A stretch of 64,000 bases of DNA. Origin: Escherichia coli (lineage in GTDB: Bacteria > Pseudomonadota > Gammaproteobacteria > Enterobacterales > Enterobacteriaceae). Of this stretch, positions 49,790 through 61,021 are shown one piece after another. The notes under the pieces are model-generated. The model was not told the origin of the DNA. It did not search any database and worked only from the letters and a program-made list of their open reading frames with translations. The DNA lies in the NCBI RefSeq assembly GCF_003790525.1, contig NZ_CP033635.1; one strand, given 5' to 3'. Position numbers and translations under genes: made by a program. Within the stretch, counting starts at the first letter, position 1. Each line of letters starts with the position of its first letter.

Positions 49790-51022
49790 TTAATTATAAT
49801 CCATTAAATTAACTTGAGCCCACTTACTATTATATGCACATAGATTACTATTGGAATAATAAACCCCATTAACCTGCGTCTTAACCAATAAATACCCACG
49901 AAACTTCTTAAACAGTTTCATATCCGGTTTAAAATCGGCCTGCCAGAACTGGTGCAAATGCCCTTGATACGTCAAGCCTTTGATGTCGTACAGGGCATTG
50001 CCCATCACTTTGAGTGGTTTGTTATGAATCAGCGCAGAGATCCCCGCCGTACTGTTAATTGTCACCACCGCTTTTGCGTGGCGTAATAATTCTGGCATTG
50101 GGAGATCGTGCACGTATATGACTCGCTCACCTAAGCCATATTCCTTACTTAACCGCTTAATTAATGGTCGATAGAGTCTGTGACCACGATCCATCGGATG
50201 ATGTTTGATCACCAAATAACTTTCTTTCGGCGCTTTACGTGAAAATGAGTACATGACTTCATTAATATAGTCACGCACATCGTTATAATTACTGTGGTTA
50301 CGAATCTGGCTATCGTTATATACCTGCAAAACGGCAAGATAATAACGCTGGTCCAACTCGTTCATTAACCTCGGTAATACCTTACGCTGTGTTACCTTGT
50401 AAAGTTGCTTGCGCCAGTATGCACGAACCCAGCAACGTGCTTCATACCAGGGGGAAAACGATTTATGGTGGCGGTAGCGAGGGAACTCATGGCGGTAATG
50501 CCAGCCCATCAGGTAATACCACATCGCATGACCTATACGTTTCATCGTTGAAGGTTTTAAGTTCTCAACGTGCGGCGTAGGCATATCTGGTAACTTACGA
50601 TAAAAATCCGGATCGCGCGGTAGCGATGAATATGCGTTTACTCCGCCTTCTTCAACGGTAATAAATTGCGGGCGTAAATATCCTTCCTCAAATGCCAGAA
50701 AGCGGATCCCTTTCGACTTTGCCCAGCGTTTTGCTTCTTTGTGCAATGGGCGGCAGTCACCAAAGCAGAGGATGGTATCAAAGTCATATTGCCGGTGGAG
50801 ATCCCGTAACCATCCGGGAAGCTCTTTCGGCGTTTGGTAGTAAGCCAGGTATTGTCGATGGCGGCAGTAAAAACGATCCCCACCGTTGAATACAACATTC
50901 ACAGCGTTACGTCCTAATGACTCTAACCATTCGGCGACGTCATTGAAAAAAGGTCCCATCGGCCCCTGCAATAGCAGATATTTTTTACCGGATAATAAAA
51001 CGGTTAGTGCATTACCTTGCAT
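49790..51022 (-). CDS. kpsS: Capsule biosynthesis protein KpsS (Kdo linker transferase)
   Basis: 410 aa; KpsS sequence (recognised) in conserved position before kpsC, region 1 on minus strand. Confidence 0.9.
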   Translation of the reverse strand: MQGNALTVLLSGKKYLLLQGPMGPFFNDVAEWLESLGRNAVNVVFNGGDRFYCRHRQYLAYYQTPKELPGWLRDLHRQYDFDTILCFGDCRPLHKEAKRWAKSKGIRFLAFEEGYLRPQFITVEEGGVNAYSSLPRDPDFYRKLPDMPTPHVENLKPSTMKRIGHAMWYYLMGWHYRHEFPRYRHHKSFSPWYEARCWVRAYWRKQLYKVTQRKVLPRLMNELDQRYYLAVLQVYNDSQIRNHSNYNDVRDYINEVMYSFSRKAPKESYLVIKHHPMDRGHRLYRPLIKRLSKEYGLGERVIYVHDLPMPELLRHAKAVVTINSTAGISALIHNKPLKVMGNALYDIKGLTYQGHLHQFWQADFKPDMKLFKKFRGYLLVKTQVNGVYYSNSNLCAYNSKWAQVNLMDYN

Positions 51023-51056
51023 AAATAATTTGCGTAATAGTCAACTATGAAATTGT

Positions 51057-53084
51057 TTAGCCAAATCTGACCTTGCAGAACATAATTAATTTGCGGTAAT
51101 AACGTATTACTCGCCCCGCTTTTTTTCGGGTAATAAACATCGGCTTGCGCGGCGTCTTGATTAAATATTCCGCAGCTTCTTCTACCGTAATAGGTTGTAG
51201 CCGTGTTGGGTGGATATAGGTTGGATAAACAATCAACGCCTGATAGATCAAATCTGCTAACGTTAATTTTTGCTCGCGGCGCGGGCAGTGATGTTCATCA
51301 ACGGTTAAACCCCAACCGGCATAGAAGGGCAGGCCGTAACAATGAACTTGCTTGCCATGTAATAACGCTTCAAACCCGGACAATGATGTCATGGTGTGCA
51401 CTTCATCTGCGCGCTGAATGCATTGAATAATATCTGCGTCCAGTGCCTGATAATCAGCGAGTTCAGCAATTAGTTCTGCCGGAATATCGCCCTTGCGATT
51501 CCCCACCAGTACATCCGGGTGCGGTTTATAAATAATGTAAGCGTGCGGATTGCGCTCGCGTACTGTGCGTAATAACTCAAGGTTGCTCTTAATCGACACA
51601 GTGCCTGTTTTAATTGAGGCATCGTCTTCTACCTGACCCGGCACCAGGATGATTTTTTTATCTTGGGCTTCGGCAGGCAGAGAGAAATCGGCTCCCAGGT
51701 TGTACTTGCTCAGTTTACTTTCAACCAGTCGCTGGCGTAATTTTTCAGCTCGCATCTGCTGCGCCAGCGTTAACTGGCTGTGATTAATCAGCACTTCCAG
51801 GTCGCTGGGGCGCGTGGCGTCATAGTAGATTCCGCGTTTATCCAGCACCAGCGATAGCGGTGGCAGCAGGTCAGAGCCAAGTCCGGATGAACGCAGAAAA
51901 CCATCTTCCATTCGCCATAACGGCAGTGATTTTCGCTGCGCTTCGGCTTGCCATTGCTGTTCTCCCTTTACACCCCATACCACGCAGGCGCTCGCCGCAG
52001 TACAACGACGTGAAAAACTCAGCCGGTTTGTCGCTGTTCGCAAGAAAGGTTTCAGGATTGCCGACTTCCACAGCGTTAAGCCTGGCGCCCATAAATAGCC
52101 ATTACGCTGTTGCAGATGTCGGCGTTGTAATTGCAGCCATTGCAGTACGGTAAACAGATCGCTTGCGGCCCCCGTGAGCGGGTCGATATAGCGACAGTAA
52201 CGCAGGTATGCAGCGGCAAAAAGTTCCTCCAGCGTGGCAGAACCGCGTCGGGCAGATAACAAAGCGGACTGTGGATGACGATCGTCGGTTAAGCCCCAAC
52301 CTGCATACCAGGGCTGGCCGAAGCATGTTACTGGTTTTCCTGCCAGCAAGGCTTCAAAGCCATATTGGGAGGTCACGACGTAAACCCGGGAAACGTGTCG
52401 CAACAGCGACTGCGGGCTGACATTCTCGGCAATCAAACGTACTCGTTGCGTGGCGCACAGATCAGCGAAATAACCTGTTTTCTTTCCTTCCAGTACATCT
52501 GGGTGCACCTTCACCCAAATTTCGGCTTGAGGATTTTCCGCCATCGCGGCTTCCAGCATGGCAGCAAACTCATGCGGGCCAGCATTGCCATACGTCACTG
52601 ACATATCATTAAATGTCTGATCGACAACCAGAACGATGTCTGAACGTTCTGACTCATCAGCCACAAACGCAGGTGCCAGGTTATATTTCGACAAATCCCC
52701 GGTCACGATGGTGTGCATCGCTTCTCTGGCCAGGCTTATCAGAGCTGTATTTCCGGCTTTATCCTGTACCAGTTTCTCCAGTGCTGAAGGCTTGCTGGCA
52801 TCGTAGTAAATGCCACAATCATCCACCACCAGAGAAAGCGGCGGCTCGCCATTGACGCCAAGATCCAGCGAACGCACAAATCCATCTTCCAGACGAATGA
52901 TGGGTTTTCCCGCTGCTTTGGCGATGGCGACTGGTTTCGCCGCGCTGGGACGATGTCCCCACACGGCGATAGCATCAACTTCTTGCGGAACAGGGCGCAG
53001 CAGAGAAAGTTTCTGGCACGGTTGCGCCAGAAATTTCTCCAGATGCGGAATACGCCAGATACCGGACGAGAAAATGCCAATCAT
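51057..53084 (-). CDS. kpsC: Capsule biosynthesis protein KpsC (tandem-domain Kdo transferase)
   Basis: 675 aa with internally duplicated domains (two similar halves, each containing HPDVL and GWGLT motifs); overlaps kpsU stop. Confidence 0.92.
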   Translation of the reverse strand: MIGIFSSGIWRIPHLEKFLAQPCQKLSLLRPVPQEVDAIAVWGHRPSAAKPVAIAKAAGKPIIRLEDGFVRSLDLGVNGEPPLSLVVDDCGIYYDASKPSALEKLVQDKAGNTALISLAREAMHTIVTGDLSKYNLAPAFVADESERSDIVLVVDQTFNDMSVTYGNAGPHEFAAMLEAAMAENPQAEIWVKVHPDVLEGKKTGYFADLCATQRVRLIAENVSPQSLLRHVSRVYVVTSQYGFEALLAGKPVTCFGQPWYAGWGLTDDRHPQSALLSARRGSATLEELFAAAYLRYCRYIDPLTGAASDLFTVLQWLQLQRRHLQQRNGYLWAPGLTLWKSAILKPFLRTATNRLSFSRRCTAASACVVWGVKGEQQWQAEAQRKSLPLWRMEDGFLRSSGLGSDLLPPLSLVLDKRGIYYDATRPSDLEVLINHSQLTLAQQMRAEKLRQRLVESKLSKYNLGADFSLPAEAQDKKIILVPGQVEDDASIKTGTVSIKSNLELLRTVRERNPHAYIIYKPHPDVLVGNRKGDIPAELIAELADYQALDADIIQCIQRADEVHTMTSLSGFEALLHGKQVHCYGLPFYAGWGLTVDEHHCPRREQKLTLADLIYQALIVYPTYIHPTRLQPITVEEAAEYLIKTPRKPMFITRKKAGRVIRYYRKLIMFCKVRFG

Positions 53085-53821
53085 GCGTTTTCAGCCAGTT
53101 CCTGTGCCATCAGGGCGCGCACTTTTTCCAGGCATGCTGGGGTGTCGACGCCCGGACCGGTTGCGGCAACCTCAAATGTACGGATGTTGATCCCCGCGCT
53201 CATCAACCGCAGCTGCTCCAGTGATTCTGCCTGCTCCTGCATGGACTCCGGTAACTGGCTGTAGTTTTGCAGCACATCGCGACGATAAGCGTAAATACCA
53301 ACGTGTTTCAGGTAGCGCGCTTTTTCAGCATTACGCGGATAGGGAATCGGCGAACGGCTGAAATAAAGCGCATCCTGGCGGGTATTTACCACCACTTTTA
53401 CCGTGCTTGGCTCGGTCGCTTCTTCGGCAGAAATCGCGTGGCATAGCGTTGCCACTGGCAACGCGGGATCATCACGCATTCCTTGTAGCAGCGTTTCTAC
53501 ATCCCGCGGGCGAATCATTGGTTCGTCGCCCTGCAGGTTAATGTAGATATCTGCCTCGACTTTATGCATCACCTCGACCAGCCGATCGGTGCCGGATTCA
53601 TGATCGTTGCGCGTCATGATGGCTTTCCCGCCAAATGCCTGCACGGCCTTTTCAACACGCTGATCGTCTGTTGCCACCCAAACTTCTGCGACGCCCGCCA
53701 CCTGTAACGCACGCTCGTAAACATGCTGGATCATCGGTTTACCAACAATATCGAGCAGTGGCTTACCCGGCAGGCGCGATGAGCCATAACGAGCCGGGAT
53801 GACAATAACAGCTTTGCTCAT
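53081..53821 (-). CDS. kpsU: CMP-Kdo synthetase, capsule-specific
   Basis: 246 aa; KdsB-family sequence ([16 protein letters not shown]). Confidence 0.92.
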   Translation of the reverse strand: MSKAVIVIPARYGSSRLPGKPLLDIVGKPMIQHVYERALQVAGVAEVWVATDDQRVEKAVQAFGGKAIMTRNDHESGTDRLVEVMHKVEADIYINLQGDEPMIRPRDVETLLQGMRDDPALPVATLCHAISAEEATEPSTVKVVVNTRQDALYFSRSPIPYPRNAEKARYLKHVGIYAYRRDVLQNYSQLPESMQEQAESLEQLRLMSAGINIRTFEVAATGPGVDTPACLEKVRALMAQELAENA

Positions 53822-53830
53822 TTCAACTCC

Positions 53831-55510
53831 TTACAAAGACAGAATCACTTTTGCACCCACCGCCAGCTGATAGAGGATGGTGGAAATACCACGGGTAACT
53901 TCAATGTTTTTCGATTCATATTTCGGCAGAACCATAATCTCATCGCCCGGTTTGAGTGAATCCACATCTTCTGCGTTGACGGCTGCACCGTTCTGACGAA
54001 TGACGATAATTCTGGCGTTACCCGATTTCTGCGTCAGGCCACCACATTTCTCGATGTAATCCTCGGTGGTCATACCCTTCTGCCAGCTCACCGCGTTCGG
54101 GAACAGCACTTCGCCATGAACCATAACCAGCGATGTTTTCTCCGGAATATTGATGACGTCGCCATCTTCAAGCAGAACAGAATCAATATTGGATTCGTTG
54201 AGGATCACTTCACCTTTCGGAACAACGGTGCGTGCTTTCGCCACAAAGCGGCTGATCAGTTGTGCTTCCTGCATTCGCAGGCTGGCTTCTTCTTTGGTCG
54301 ATGACTGGGCAGAAAGTGATGCTTCCTCCAGCTTTTGCAGCGAGAGATTCAGCATCTCTTTCTGACGCTGAGCCACTGATGGGCGATAAAGCTGAACTGC
54401 GTTCATCTGCGACATGCTGTTCGGGCGGACTTTTTCCAGAACCGCACGCATAGTGGAACCATAAGGCAGTACCATGGCATGTTCACCGGAGTGTGCGCCT
54501 TCAACCCGCACCTGAATGGTGCCGGCATAGCGGTCAGTGCTCACGATTAAGGTATCGCCATTTTGCAACATACGGCCTGGCGCAGAACTGATCGGATAGT
54601 ATTCGCTGCGTTTTTGCAGCCCCTGTTTACGCATAATCGTAATGTGAGTCGCGCCAGGCTTAGGGCGCGCCCAGCTCAACGCTTCCGTTACGGGAATGCT
54701 GCTTTCGCGGAACTCAAAGTCGTAGCTGTTAAAGACATCGCCCTGAACGCTGAAAGTATGCTGACGCGGCCCGACGATGATGGTGTCACCATCGGCGAAC
54801 TGCGAAAGCCCCAGTTTGCCGTTCAGCAGGAAGTCGTACAGGTTGACGTTGGAGCGCACGCGGTTACCGCGCTTGACCACAATATCAACGTAACTTCCGC
54901 GCTCTGGATCAACGCCGCCAGCCTTGATCAGATAATTGAGTAACGAATCAGACGTCACACCGCCATACAGACCAGGATTACGCACAAATCCGGTCACGTA
55001 CACTTTTACTGGCTGCGCCTGTAATAAGGAGGCGTAGACGTTGACGTTGGACTGGTACACTTCCTTCACTTTTGATGTAACCAGAGTGTTCAACTGACTA
55101 TTGCTAACCCCGGCAACTTTCACCGGACCAACGTTTGGCAGAAAAATATTACCTTTGGGATCAATCTGTAATGCACCATCAAAGGTGAACGCACCCCACA
55201 AGCGAACCTGAATGCTATCACCCGGATTCAGAATATAGTCAGGGTTGAATCCTACCGTCGCACCGCTATCCGCGCTGGTGCCGTTGAAAAGTTGAGCACC
55301 AAACATACGGCTCATTACCACCGGCGGTGCGGGCGGCGGGGTATTGTCGAAGCCGCTCATGTTTTGCGTATCCGACTGTTGCCCGTTCAGAATACCGGTA
55401 AGCGGCGCGGCTCCTGTAAGGTTTGGGTCAGCGTTAATATCAATGGCCGCGCTGGCCTGCGCCGCGTGACAGGCGGCAATCAGTAAAATTGATTTAAATA
55501 ATTTCATCAC
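53831..55510 (-). CDS. kpsD: Capsule export outer-membrane/periplasmic protein KpsD
   Basis: 559 aa; signal peptide; KpsD/Wza-like polysaccharide export family. Confidence 0.92.
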   Translation of the reverse strand: MMKLFKSILLIAACHAAQASAAIDINADPNLTGAAPLTGILNGQQSDTQNMSGFDNTPPPAPPVVMSRMFGAQLFNGTSADSGATVGFNPDYILNPGDSIQVRLWGAFTFDGALQIDPKGNIFLPNVGPVKVAGVSNSQLNTLVTSKVKEVYQSNVNVYASLLQAQPVKVYVTGFVRNPGLYGGVTSDSLLNYLIKAGGVDPERGSYVDIVVKRGNRVRSNVNLYDFLLNGKLGLSQFADGDTIIVGPRQHTFSVQGDVFNSYDFEFRESSIPVTEALSWARPKPGATHITIMRKQGLQKRSEYYPISSAPGRMLQNGDTLIVSTDRYAGTIQVRVEGAHSGEHAMVLPYGSTMRAVLEKVRPNSMSQMNAVQLYRPSVAQRQKEMLNLSLQKLEEASLSAQSSTKEEASLRMQEAQLISRFVAKARTVVPKGEVILNESNIDSVLLEDGDVINIPEKTSLVMVHGEVLFPNAVSWQKGMTTEDYIEKCGGLTQKSGNARIIVIRQNGAAVNAEDVDSLKPGDEIMVLPKYESKNIEVTRGISTILYQLAVGAKVILSL

Positions 55511-55530
55511 AAACTCATTCAGCGACAGCG

Positions 55531-56679
55531 TTAGTCTCGGTGATCTTCAATAACAGCCAGCAACAGTTTCAGGGTGCCGAACAGCAGGCAGCACACCAGT
55601 AACCAGCAGGCGATCAAATAAGGGATATTTGGAAAAGACGATTCCTGCGGCAACTGTGGCGAACTGATCACTGACAGCACCTTGAGCTTACGAGCCGCTT
55701 CTACACGGGTCTTTTCAATGGAGGTCAGGGTCAGTTTGTACAGCTCGGTGTTGAACTCTACTTTTGATTTGATTTCTTCAAAATCCACCGCCATACGGTT
55801 TAGCTTGTCACCCTGCGGCGCTGTGATTTTGCTTTTTTCTTCGTCAATTTGTGCCTGCAATGACTGAATCGCATTACGCGCACTCACAACTTGCGGGGCG
55901 TCCTCACGCAGATACGTCAGCAAGTTCCGCAGGTCCGCTTCCATCTGGATCTTCTGGCCCATCAGCGTATTCACTAACGTGCTCGCCGCCTGTGCCTGTG
56001 CCTGTGGATCCAGAACGTTGTTGTTGTCTTGATAAGAGAGCAATTCCGCTTTGCTGGCGTCCAGACGCTGGCGTGCCTTTTCCATCTCCGTTTCTGCAAA
56101 GGCAAGCTGGTCACGCGCGATGCGATGTGACATCTCATTGATAAAGCGCTCTGACTCTTTCAGCACGGTTTGGTTAAACTTAAGCGCAAATTCCGGGCTA
56201 AAGCCCTGCGTCTGAATATTCAGTAATCCGGTTTTATCGTCATACGAGACGTTGATACGGTCCTTGTAGTACTTCAGGAAGCCTTCTGCGGTTTCATCCT
56301 TGCTAAGATGATTAAGAAAATCGAGCCCGCTGTGGCTAAACGCTTCACGAAAATTTAGTTGCTTATCCAGCGCCGCCAGCATATCCGGCGAGTTGATGTA
56401 CTCTTTCAGATACAACGCATCTTCTGCGGAACTGGGGTTAGAGGCACCCAGAAGCAGACCAAAATTCAGGCTGCCGCTGTTTAAATCATCCGAGCGTTTA
56501 ATGGCGACTTTCGACTCGCTCATATAGCGAGGCTGGCTGAAGATAGCCAGATAGATCAGCAGCACCGCCATCGGTGTCAGAATGATGATTTTCGCCAGGT
56601 GTTTTTGGATATCTGCCAGTGAGATGGCAGACAGACGAGCACGCATCCAGGATACGGCAGACTTCACTTTTATCAACAT
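55531..56679 (-). CDS. kpsE: Capsule export polysaccharide co-polymerase-family inner-membrane protein KpsE
   Basis: 382 aa; N-terminal TM, long coiled periplasmic region, C-terminal TM. Confidence 0.92.
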   Translation of the reverse strand: MLIKVKSAVSWMRARLSAISLADIQKHLAKIIILTPMAVLLIYLAIFSQPRYMSESKVAIKRSDDLNSGSLNFGLLLGASNPSSAEDALYLKEYINSPDMLAALDKQLNFREAFSHSGLDFLNHLSKDETAEGFLKYYKDRINVSYDDKTGLLNIQTQGFSPEFALKFNQTVLKESERFINEMSHRIARDQLAFAETEMEKARQRLDASKAELLSYQDNNNVLDPQAQAQAASTLVNTLMGQKIQMEADLRNLLTYLREDAPQVVSARNAIQSLQAQIDEEKSKITAPQGDKLNRMAVDFEEIKSKVEFNTELYKLTLTSIEKTRVEAARKLKVLSVISSPQLPQESSFPNIPYLIACWLLVCCLLFGTLKLLLAVIEDHRD

Positions 56680-56750
56680 GTAACGATTATCAAAGTTTCA
56701 GTGGGGCGCAAACTCAATGAGAGACTAACCTCTCGAACCCCGTTGCTTAA

Positions 56751-57734
56751 TTAGTCGAAAATGCGCACAAGGCCAGTGACTTTATTTGCCTTGTTGGTCA
56801 CCAATAATGTTGAGACGCGGTGCTTTTGCATTTTTTCTTCCGCTTCAATGATCATGGTGTCTTCCGGTAGCGTCAGCGGTTCACGTGTCATCATCTGCGC
56901 AGCCGTGGCGGATGTCAGAGAATCCTCTTTTTCCATAAAGCGACGCAGGTCACCGTCGGTGATAATGCCCGCTAGCCCACCTTCTGCGTCTTCTACCATC
57001 ACCATTCCCTGGCATCCGCTGGTGATACGTTGAATCACGGTTTTAAATGACGCATCCAGCTGTACCGCAGGAACATCATGCTGCATGACATCAGCAACGC
57101 GGGTCAGCAGGCGACGACCTAATGAACCGCCCGGGTGATAGCGCGCAAAATCATTCGGCATAAATTTGCGTTGGTGGATCATGGCAATCGCCAGCGCATC
57201 GCCGATCGCCATCGTCAGCGTGGTAGACGTTGTTGGTGCAAGATTATTCGGGCAGGTTTCATTCGCCATGTGGAGTTCCAGCACGGCATCAGCATTTTTC
57301 GCCAGCGTGGAATTTCCATTATTGGTAATGGCGATAATTCGGTTGCCGAAATTTTTCAGTGAAGGAACTAGCTTGAGGATTTCATCCGTTTCACCGCTGG
57401 CAGAAATAAGGATCAGAAGATCGTAAGGCGTAATCATGCCCAGATCGCCATGGAAAGCTTCTGCAGGATGAATAAAGAAACTAGGCGTACCCGTAGAGGC
57501 CAGCGTCGCTGACATTTTACGACCGACATGCCCTGATTTACCCATTCCCGAAAGAATAACGTGACCTTTACAGTTCATTATCAAATTAAGGACTCGCTGG
57601 TACTGCCCGGAATCCAGTTGTTTAGACAAGTTTTGTAATGCTGCGCCTTGTTCTGCCAGAGTCTGGCGAACAGAGGTAATTAGATATGGATCGATAGTAC
57701 TGCTCTGGTCATCAGGTAAATGTCTTTCAGACAT
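56751..57734 (-). CDS. kpsF: Arabinose-5-phosphate isomerase KpsF (SIS plus CBS domains)
   Basis: Start at MSERHLPDDQ (ATG 57732-57734 on minus strand); SIS-domain motif GMGKSGHVGRKMSATLASTGTPS and tandem CBS region. Confidence 0.92.
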   Translation of the reverse strand: MSERHLPDDQSSTIDPYLITSVRQTLAEQGAALQNLSKQLDSGQYQRVLNLIMNCKGHVILSGMGKSGHVGRKMSATLASTGTPSFFIHPAEAFHGDLGMITPYDLLILISASGETDEILKLVPSLKNFGNRIIAITNNGNSTLAKNADAVLELHMANETCPNNLAPTTSTTLTMAIGDALAIAMIHQRKFMPNDFARYHPGGSLGRRLLTRVADVMQHDVPAVQLDASFKTVIQRITSGCQGMVMVEDAEGGLAGIITDGDLRRFMEKEDSLTSATAAQMMTREPLTLPEDTMIIEAEEKMQKHRVSTLLVTNKANKVTGLVRIFD

Positions 57735-58925
57735 ATCAGCTCCTTTGCACGGAAATAATGCCACAGTCACAACAAACCCGAACCCACTATAATTTATTTA
57801 TGCTAAATCAATGGGTTGTAACAAAATTTTCAATGAATATAAAACCATGGTCAGTCCATGCTTATATGCAGGACTTATCACCTTCTTATTAAGTCGCAAT
57901 GTCTCATGGAGGTGCGAAGATGCTGCAATATTACAGGCGAGAAGGGGAACCAAATTTTGCCCACCTATTTAACACACCCCTACATTATGAACAAGGAATT
58001 TAGGATTTTTATCATTTATTAAAATGTTTCCTACTTGACTATTAAGGCAAAAAACAATTTATCAATTGATTATTTCCTTGTAAAAAAAGAACGTATGACT
58101 ATGTTATTAATAAATAAAACACGCAAATAATGGTGATGTTGTTTTGTGATTAACTATTTAAGTGCGGCATAATAAACAGGTTGACAATTTCTATGTAAAG
58201 AAGAGGAAAATAATAAAATTTTAGCGGTGACTATTGAATGATATGATAGTTGTGGTGTTGATTATTTCTGGTAATGAATGCGGAATTAAATCTGGCCGGA
58301 TTGTATTTTTGCTATATCTATTTTTCAGGAGATTATTATTAAATAGAAAAATAACAATGGTGATTATCTCCGATTGAGCTGGAGTCACGTATGCCAGCGA
58401 GTGCTTTCTTCCGGGCCTTCCTTCACTTCAGAGAAAGAGCCTATGGAAAAGAGGCAATCATCAGGCTCTTTTTGAGTCATATGCGCCGATAATCAACTGT
58501 CTTGAACGTAAAAATTATGGAGCAACATGATGCTACGATTCATTTCACTCTTCGTTCTTTCTGAGCATTGCGTTCAGGATGGTCAGCAATTTACGCATAC
58601 AGTCAACCAGCGCCACTTTTTTGGTTTTTCCGGCTGCTGGCAGATGCATGTAAAACGCCTTTATCACCGGATTAAACCAGGTTACCACAAGCGCTGCCAT
58701 GTGCAGGGCTGCTCTTGCCTCCGTACGCGCACTGGCGTCGTTCGGCCAGCAGATATGTGTGGGATAACAGGGATGTTATGTGAACTGAACTGTGTTTTGT
58801 TAGCGGGGGATGTTTATTGATGATTCGGGAGTGTTTAAGACCTGATGGCGTTATGCTCCCAAGTTTATTTTATATAAAGATCCAAAAGCAAAAACCCGCC
58901 TTGTGGGCGGGTTCTTAAGAATTAG
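57735..58925. promoter_or_regulatory. AT-rich kps region 1 promoter/leader region upstream of kpsF
   Basis: About 1.2 kb AT-rich non-coding DNA with many A/T tracts between kpsF and the tRNA-Phe fragment; region 1 promoter known to sit here with nucleoid-protein-dependent thermoregulation. Confidence 0.5.
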
Positions 58926-58975
58926 TGGTGCCCGGACTCGGAATCGAACCAAGGACACGGGGATTTTCAATCCCC
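58926..58975 (-). repeat. 3'-terminal 50 nt of tRNA-Phe (pheV-type) without the 5' half: att-type direct repeat / island junction, not a functional tRNA
   Basis: TGGTGCCCGGACTCGGAATCGAACCAAGGACACGGGGATTTTCAATCCCC is the exact reverse complement of the 3' 50 nt of E. coli tRNA-Phe (CCA end through the anticodon loop); identity stops abruptly at 58976. Confidence 0.8.
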
Positions 58976-59068
58976 ATGTCATAAAATTCAGATAGTTACG
59001 GGCATGTCAAGTTGTTGTCGAAGTCTTTCATGCGCATCCGATCACATAACTGTCGATAGGACGCAGAT

Positions 59069-59947
59069 ATGAAAATACTTCCCGTTGTCTCAACAAAAGG
59101 TGGCGAAGGTAAATCAACACAATCCGCTAACCTGGCTGGTTTTCTCGCCGATGCAGGTATCCGTACCCTGCTGATTGACGGAGATCATGCTCAGCCCACG
59201 GCAAGCAACATCTTTCCGCTGACATATGAAGCGTCAGCCGGTCTTTTTGAGTTGCTGATGCGCACGGCTGACCTCAGTTATCCCGATAACATCATTTCCC
59301 GCACAGCTATCGACGGACTCGATCTGATAGTCTCCAATGACCCTCATGAGCAGTTAAAAACTGCGATGCTTCACGCCCCGGATGGTCGTCTGCGCCTCCG
59401 GAATGTCCTGCAGCATCCGCTTTTTCTGAACAACTACGATGTCATTATAGTTGATTCTCAGGGTGCGCGTTCTGTCATGCTCGAAATGATTGTGCTGTCG
59501 GCCACTGATTCGGTTGTCGGGATGGTCAATCCGGTACTCCCTGATGTGCGCGAGTTTATTCGCGGCACTGTCAACGTTATGGAGAACCTGCTGCCTTACC
59601 GGGAACTGGGGATACCCCTGCCGAAAGTACGCACGCTGGTTAACTGCATGGATTATACGGCACTGGCCAGGAAGACGCTGGATGAGCTGGCCGGAATTAT
59701 TCAGACCGGTCGTTACAGCAGGCAGTTACCTGAAGGTGCGGTTTCCCTTCTTTCCACACAGATTTACGACCTGAATATTTACAAGCAGGGGCATGCGGCT
59801 GGTCAACCCGTACATCGTCTCGAAAAAGAATCCACACGTCGCAGTGATTCCGCGCTTGTCACGATGCACAGCCTGGCCTGTGAACTATTTCCTGAGTGGA
59901 AACAGGCGTTTGACGGGCTACTGGCTAACGGGGGAATACGTCAGTGA
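59069..59947 (+). CDS. ParA/Soj-family partition ATPase of an integrative element
   Basis: 292 aa; deviant Walker A VSTKGGEGKST at N-terminus; first gene after the tRNA-fragment junction. Confidence 0.8.
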   Translation: MKILPVVSTKGGEGKSTQSANLAGFLADAGIRTLLIDGDHAQPTASNIFPLTYEASAGLFELLMRTADLSYPDNIISRTAIDGLDLIVSNDPHEQLKTAMLHAPDGRLRLRNVLQHPLFLNNYDVIIVDSQGARSVMLEMIVLSATDSVVGMVNPVLPDVREFIRGTVNVMENLLPYRELGIPLPKVRTLVNCMDYTALARKTLDELAGIIQTGRYSRQLPEGAVSLLSTQIYDLNIYKQGHAAGQPVHRLEKESTRRSDSALVTMHSLACELFPEWKQAFDGLLANGGIRQ

Positions 59948-60035
59948 TTCAGGTTAAGCGAGAACCATGCAGCTCCGTTACCCTGGCTTATGGACGTTAT
60001 CAATACCGGACAATATGACGTGAAGGATTAACCCT

Positions 60036-60530
60036 ATGAATAACAGCAGCAATACCACAACCCGTAATACGCTTTCACCCGTTGAGTCAGCCTGTCATGC
60101 CTTACTGGATTTTATTGCCCGGGAAGTTTTTGAGAATAAAGCACCGGAAGAGGACGTCAGGGAACGTTGCAAAGTATTTACAGCGCTGCTTAACGAAGGA
60201 TTTAAAGCCCTGCTTGATGAGGCAGGGCTGAATCTGTCAAACCTTCGTAAACAGTGTGAGGAACTGGAATCTCAGATAACCAGACTTGATTCTCAGTCCG
60301 ATGCTATTTGTCGCAGAGGTGCTCAAATTGAACGCTTCATTGGTCACCATTTACCTTTTTTCGATTTGAACAAAGTTTTTGATACTGCCAGTCAGTCATG
60401 TGAACCAGCGCCTTCTCCGGCTCAGTCGGCTGTGTCCAGTAGTCAGCCCAGTAATCTGTCAGAGCAAGGGACATCTCAGCGGGTGTCATCTGTTCAACCG
60501 TTGCAGGGAGCCAGTGATGTTGATGAATAA
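60036..60530 (+). CDS. Hypothetical protein (island-encoded); coding strand ambiguous with overlapping minus-strand ORF 60337..60888
   Basis: 164-aa ORF co-directional with parA and dnaB; serine/glutamine-rich low-complexity C-terminus; no motif. Confidence 0.3.
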   Translation: MNNSSNTTTRNTLSPVESACHALLDFIAREVFENKAPEEDVRERCKVFTALLNEGFKALLDEAGLNLSNLRKQCEELESQITRLDSQSDAICRRGAQIERFIGHHLPFFDLNKVFDTASQSCEPAPSPAQSAVSSSQPSNLSEQGTSQRVSSVQPLQGASDVDE

Positions 60531-61021
60531 GAGCAAACTTAACGGCTTGTTGAACGCTGATACTGTTATCGTCCAGAAAAAACCAGCGGCGGCTGTTAAT
60601 CAGCCAGTGTCCGAGCCAGCAAAGTCGGTAAGCGAGCTTCCGGTCAGCTCCGGGAAAGATTTCTGTTCCCTGGTCAAAGAAGGTTTTGCACCGTTCCACA
60701 TCGTCGGTGCTCATACCTCCGACTTTCCAGTTTTCATAATATTTTGCCATGTTGCCATCCTCATCATGGTTGTTATCAATGCCGGACGGCAGTTGCTGAT
60801 GATTTGTGTTCATAAGGTATTTCTCTTCGTAAACATGTTGATTATGAGCGCAAATATGCTGTACGTACCTTCTGACCGGGGTCGGCAAACTTACCGGTCG
60901 GAAAATGTACAGAAAGTTATGGGCCTTTTATGCCCTGCAACTGTTCGTCCGGCACCCGTTTTCGTTTTTTTGCATGGTGGGTTTGCTGTGAAACAGGCTC
61001 CGTTTGCCCGGGAGGTGGCGT

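Noticed and set aside
58527..58820. 97-aa plus-strand ORF in the kpsF upstream region
   Set aside because: Lies in the AT-rich region 1 promoter/leader; no RBS; cysteine/histidine-rich odd composition; more likely non-coding regulatory DNA.
58926..59001. Possibility of an intact tRNA-Phe gene
   Set aside because: Only the 3' 50 nt match tRNA-Phe; the expected 5' half (acceptor and D arm) is replaced by unrelated sequence, so it cannot fold into a cloverleaf; reported as an att-type fragment instead.
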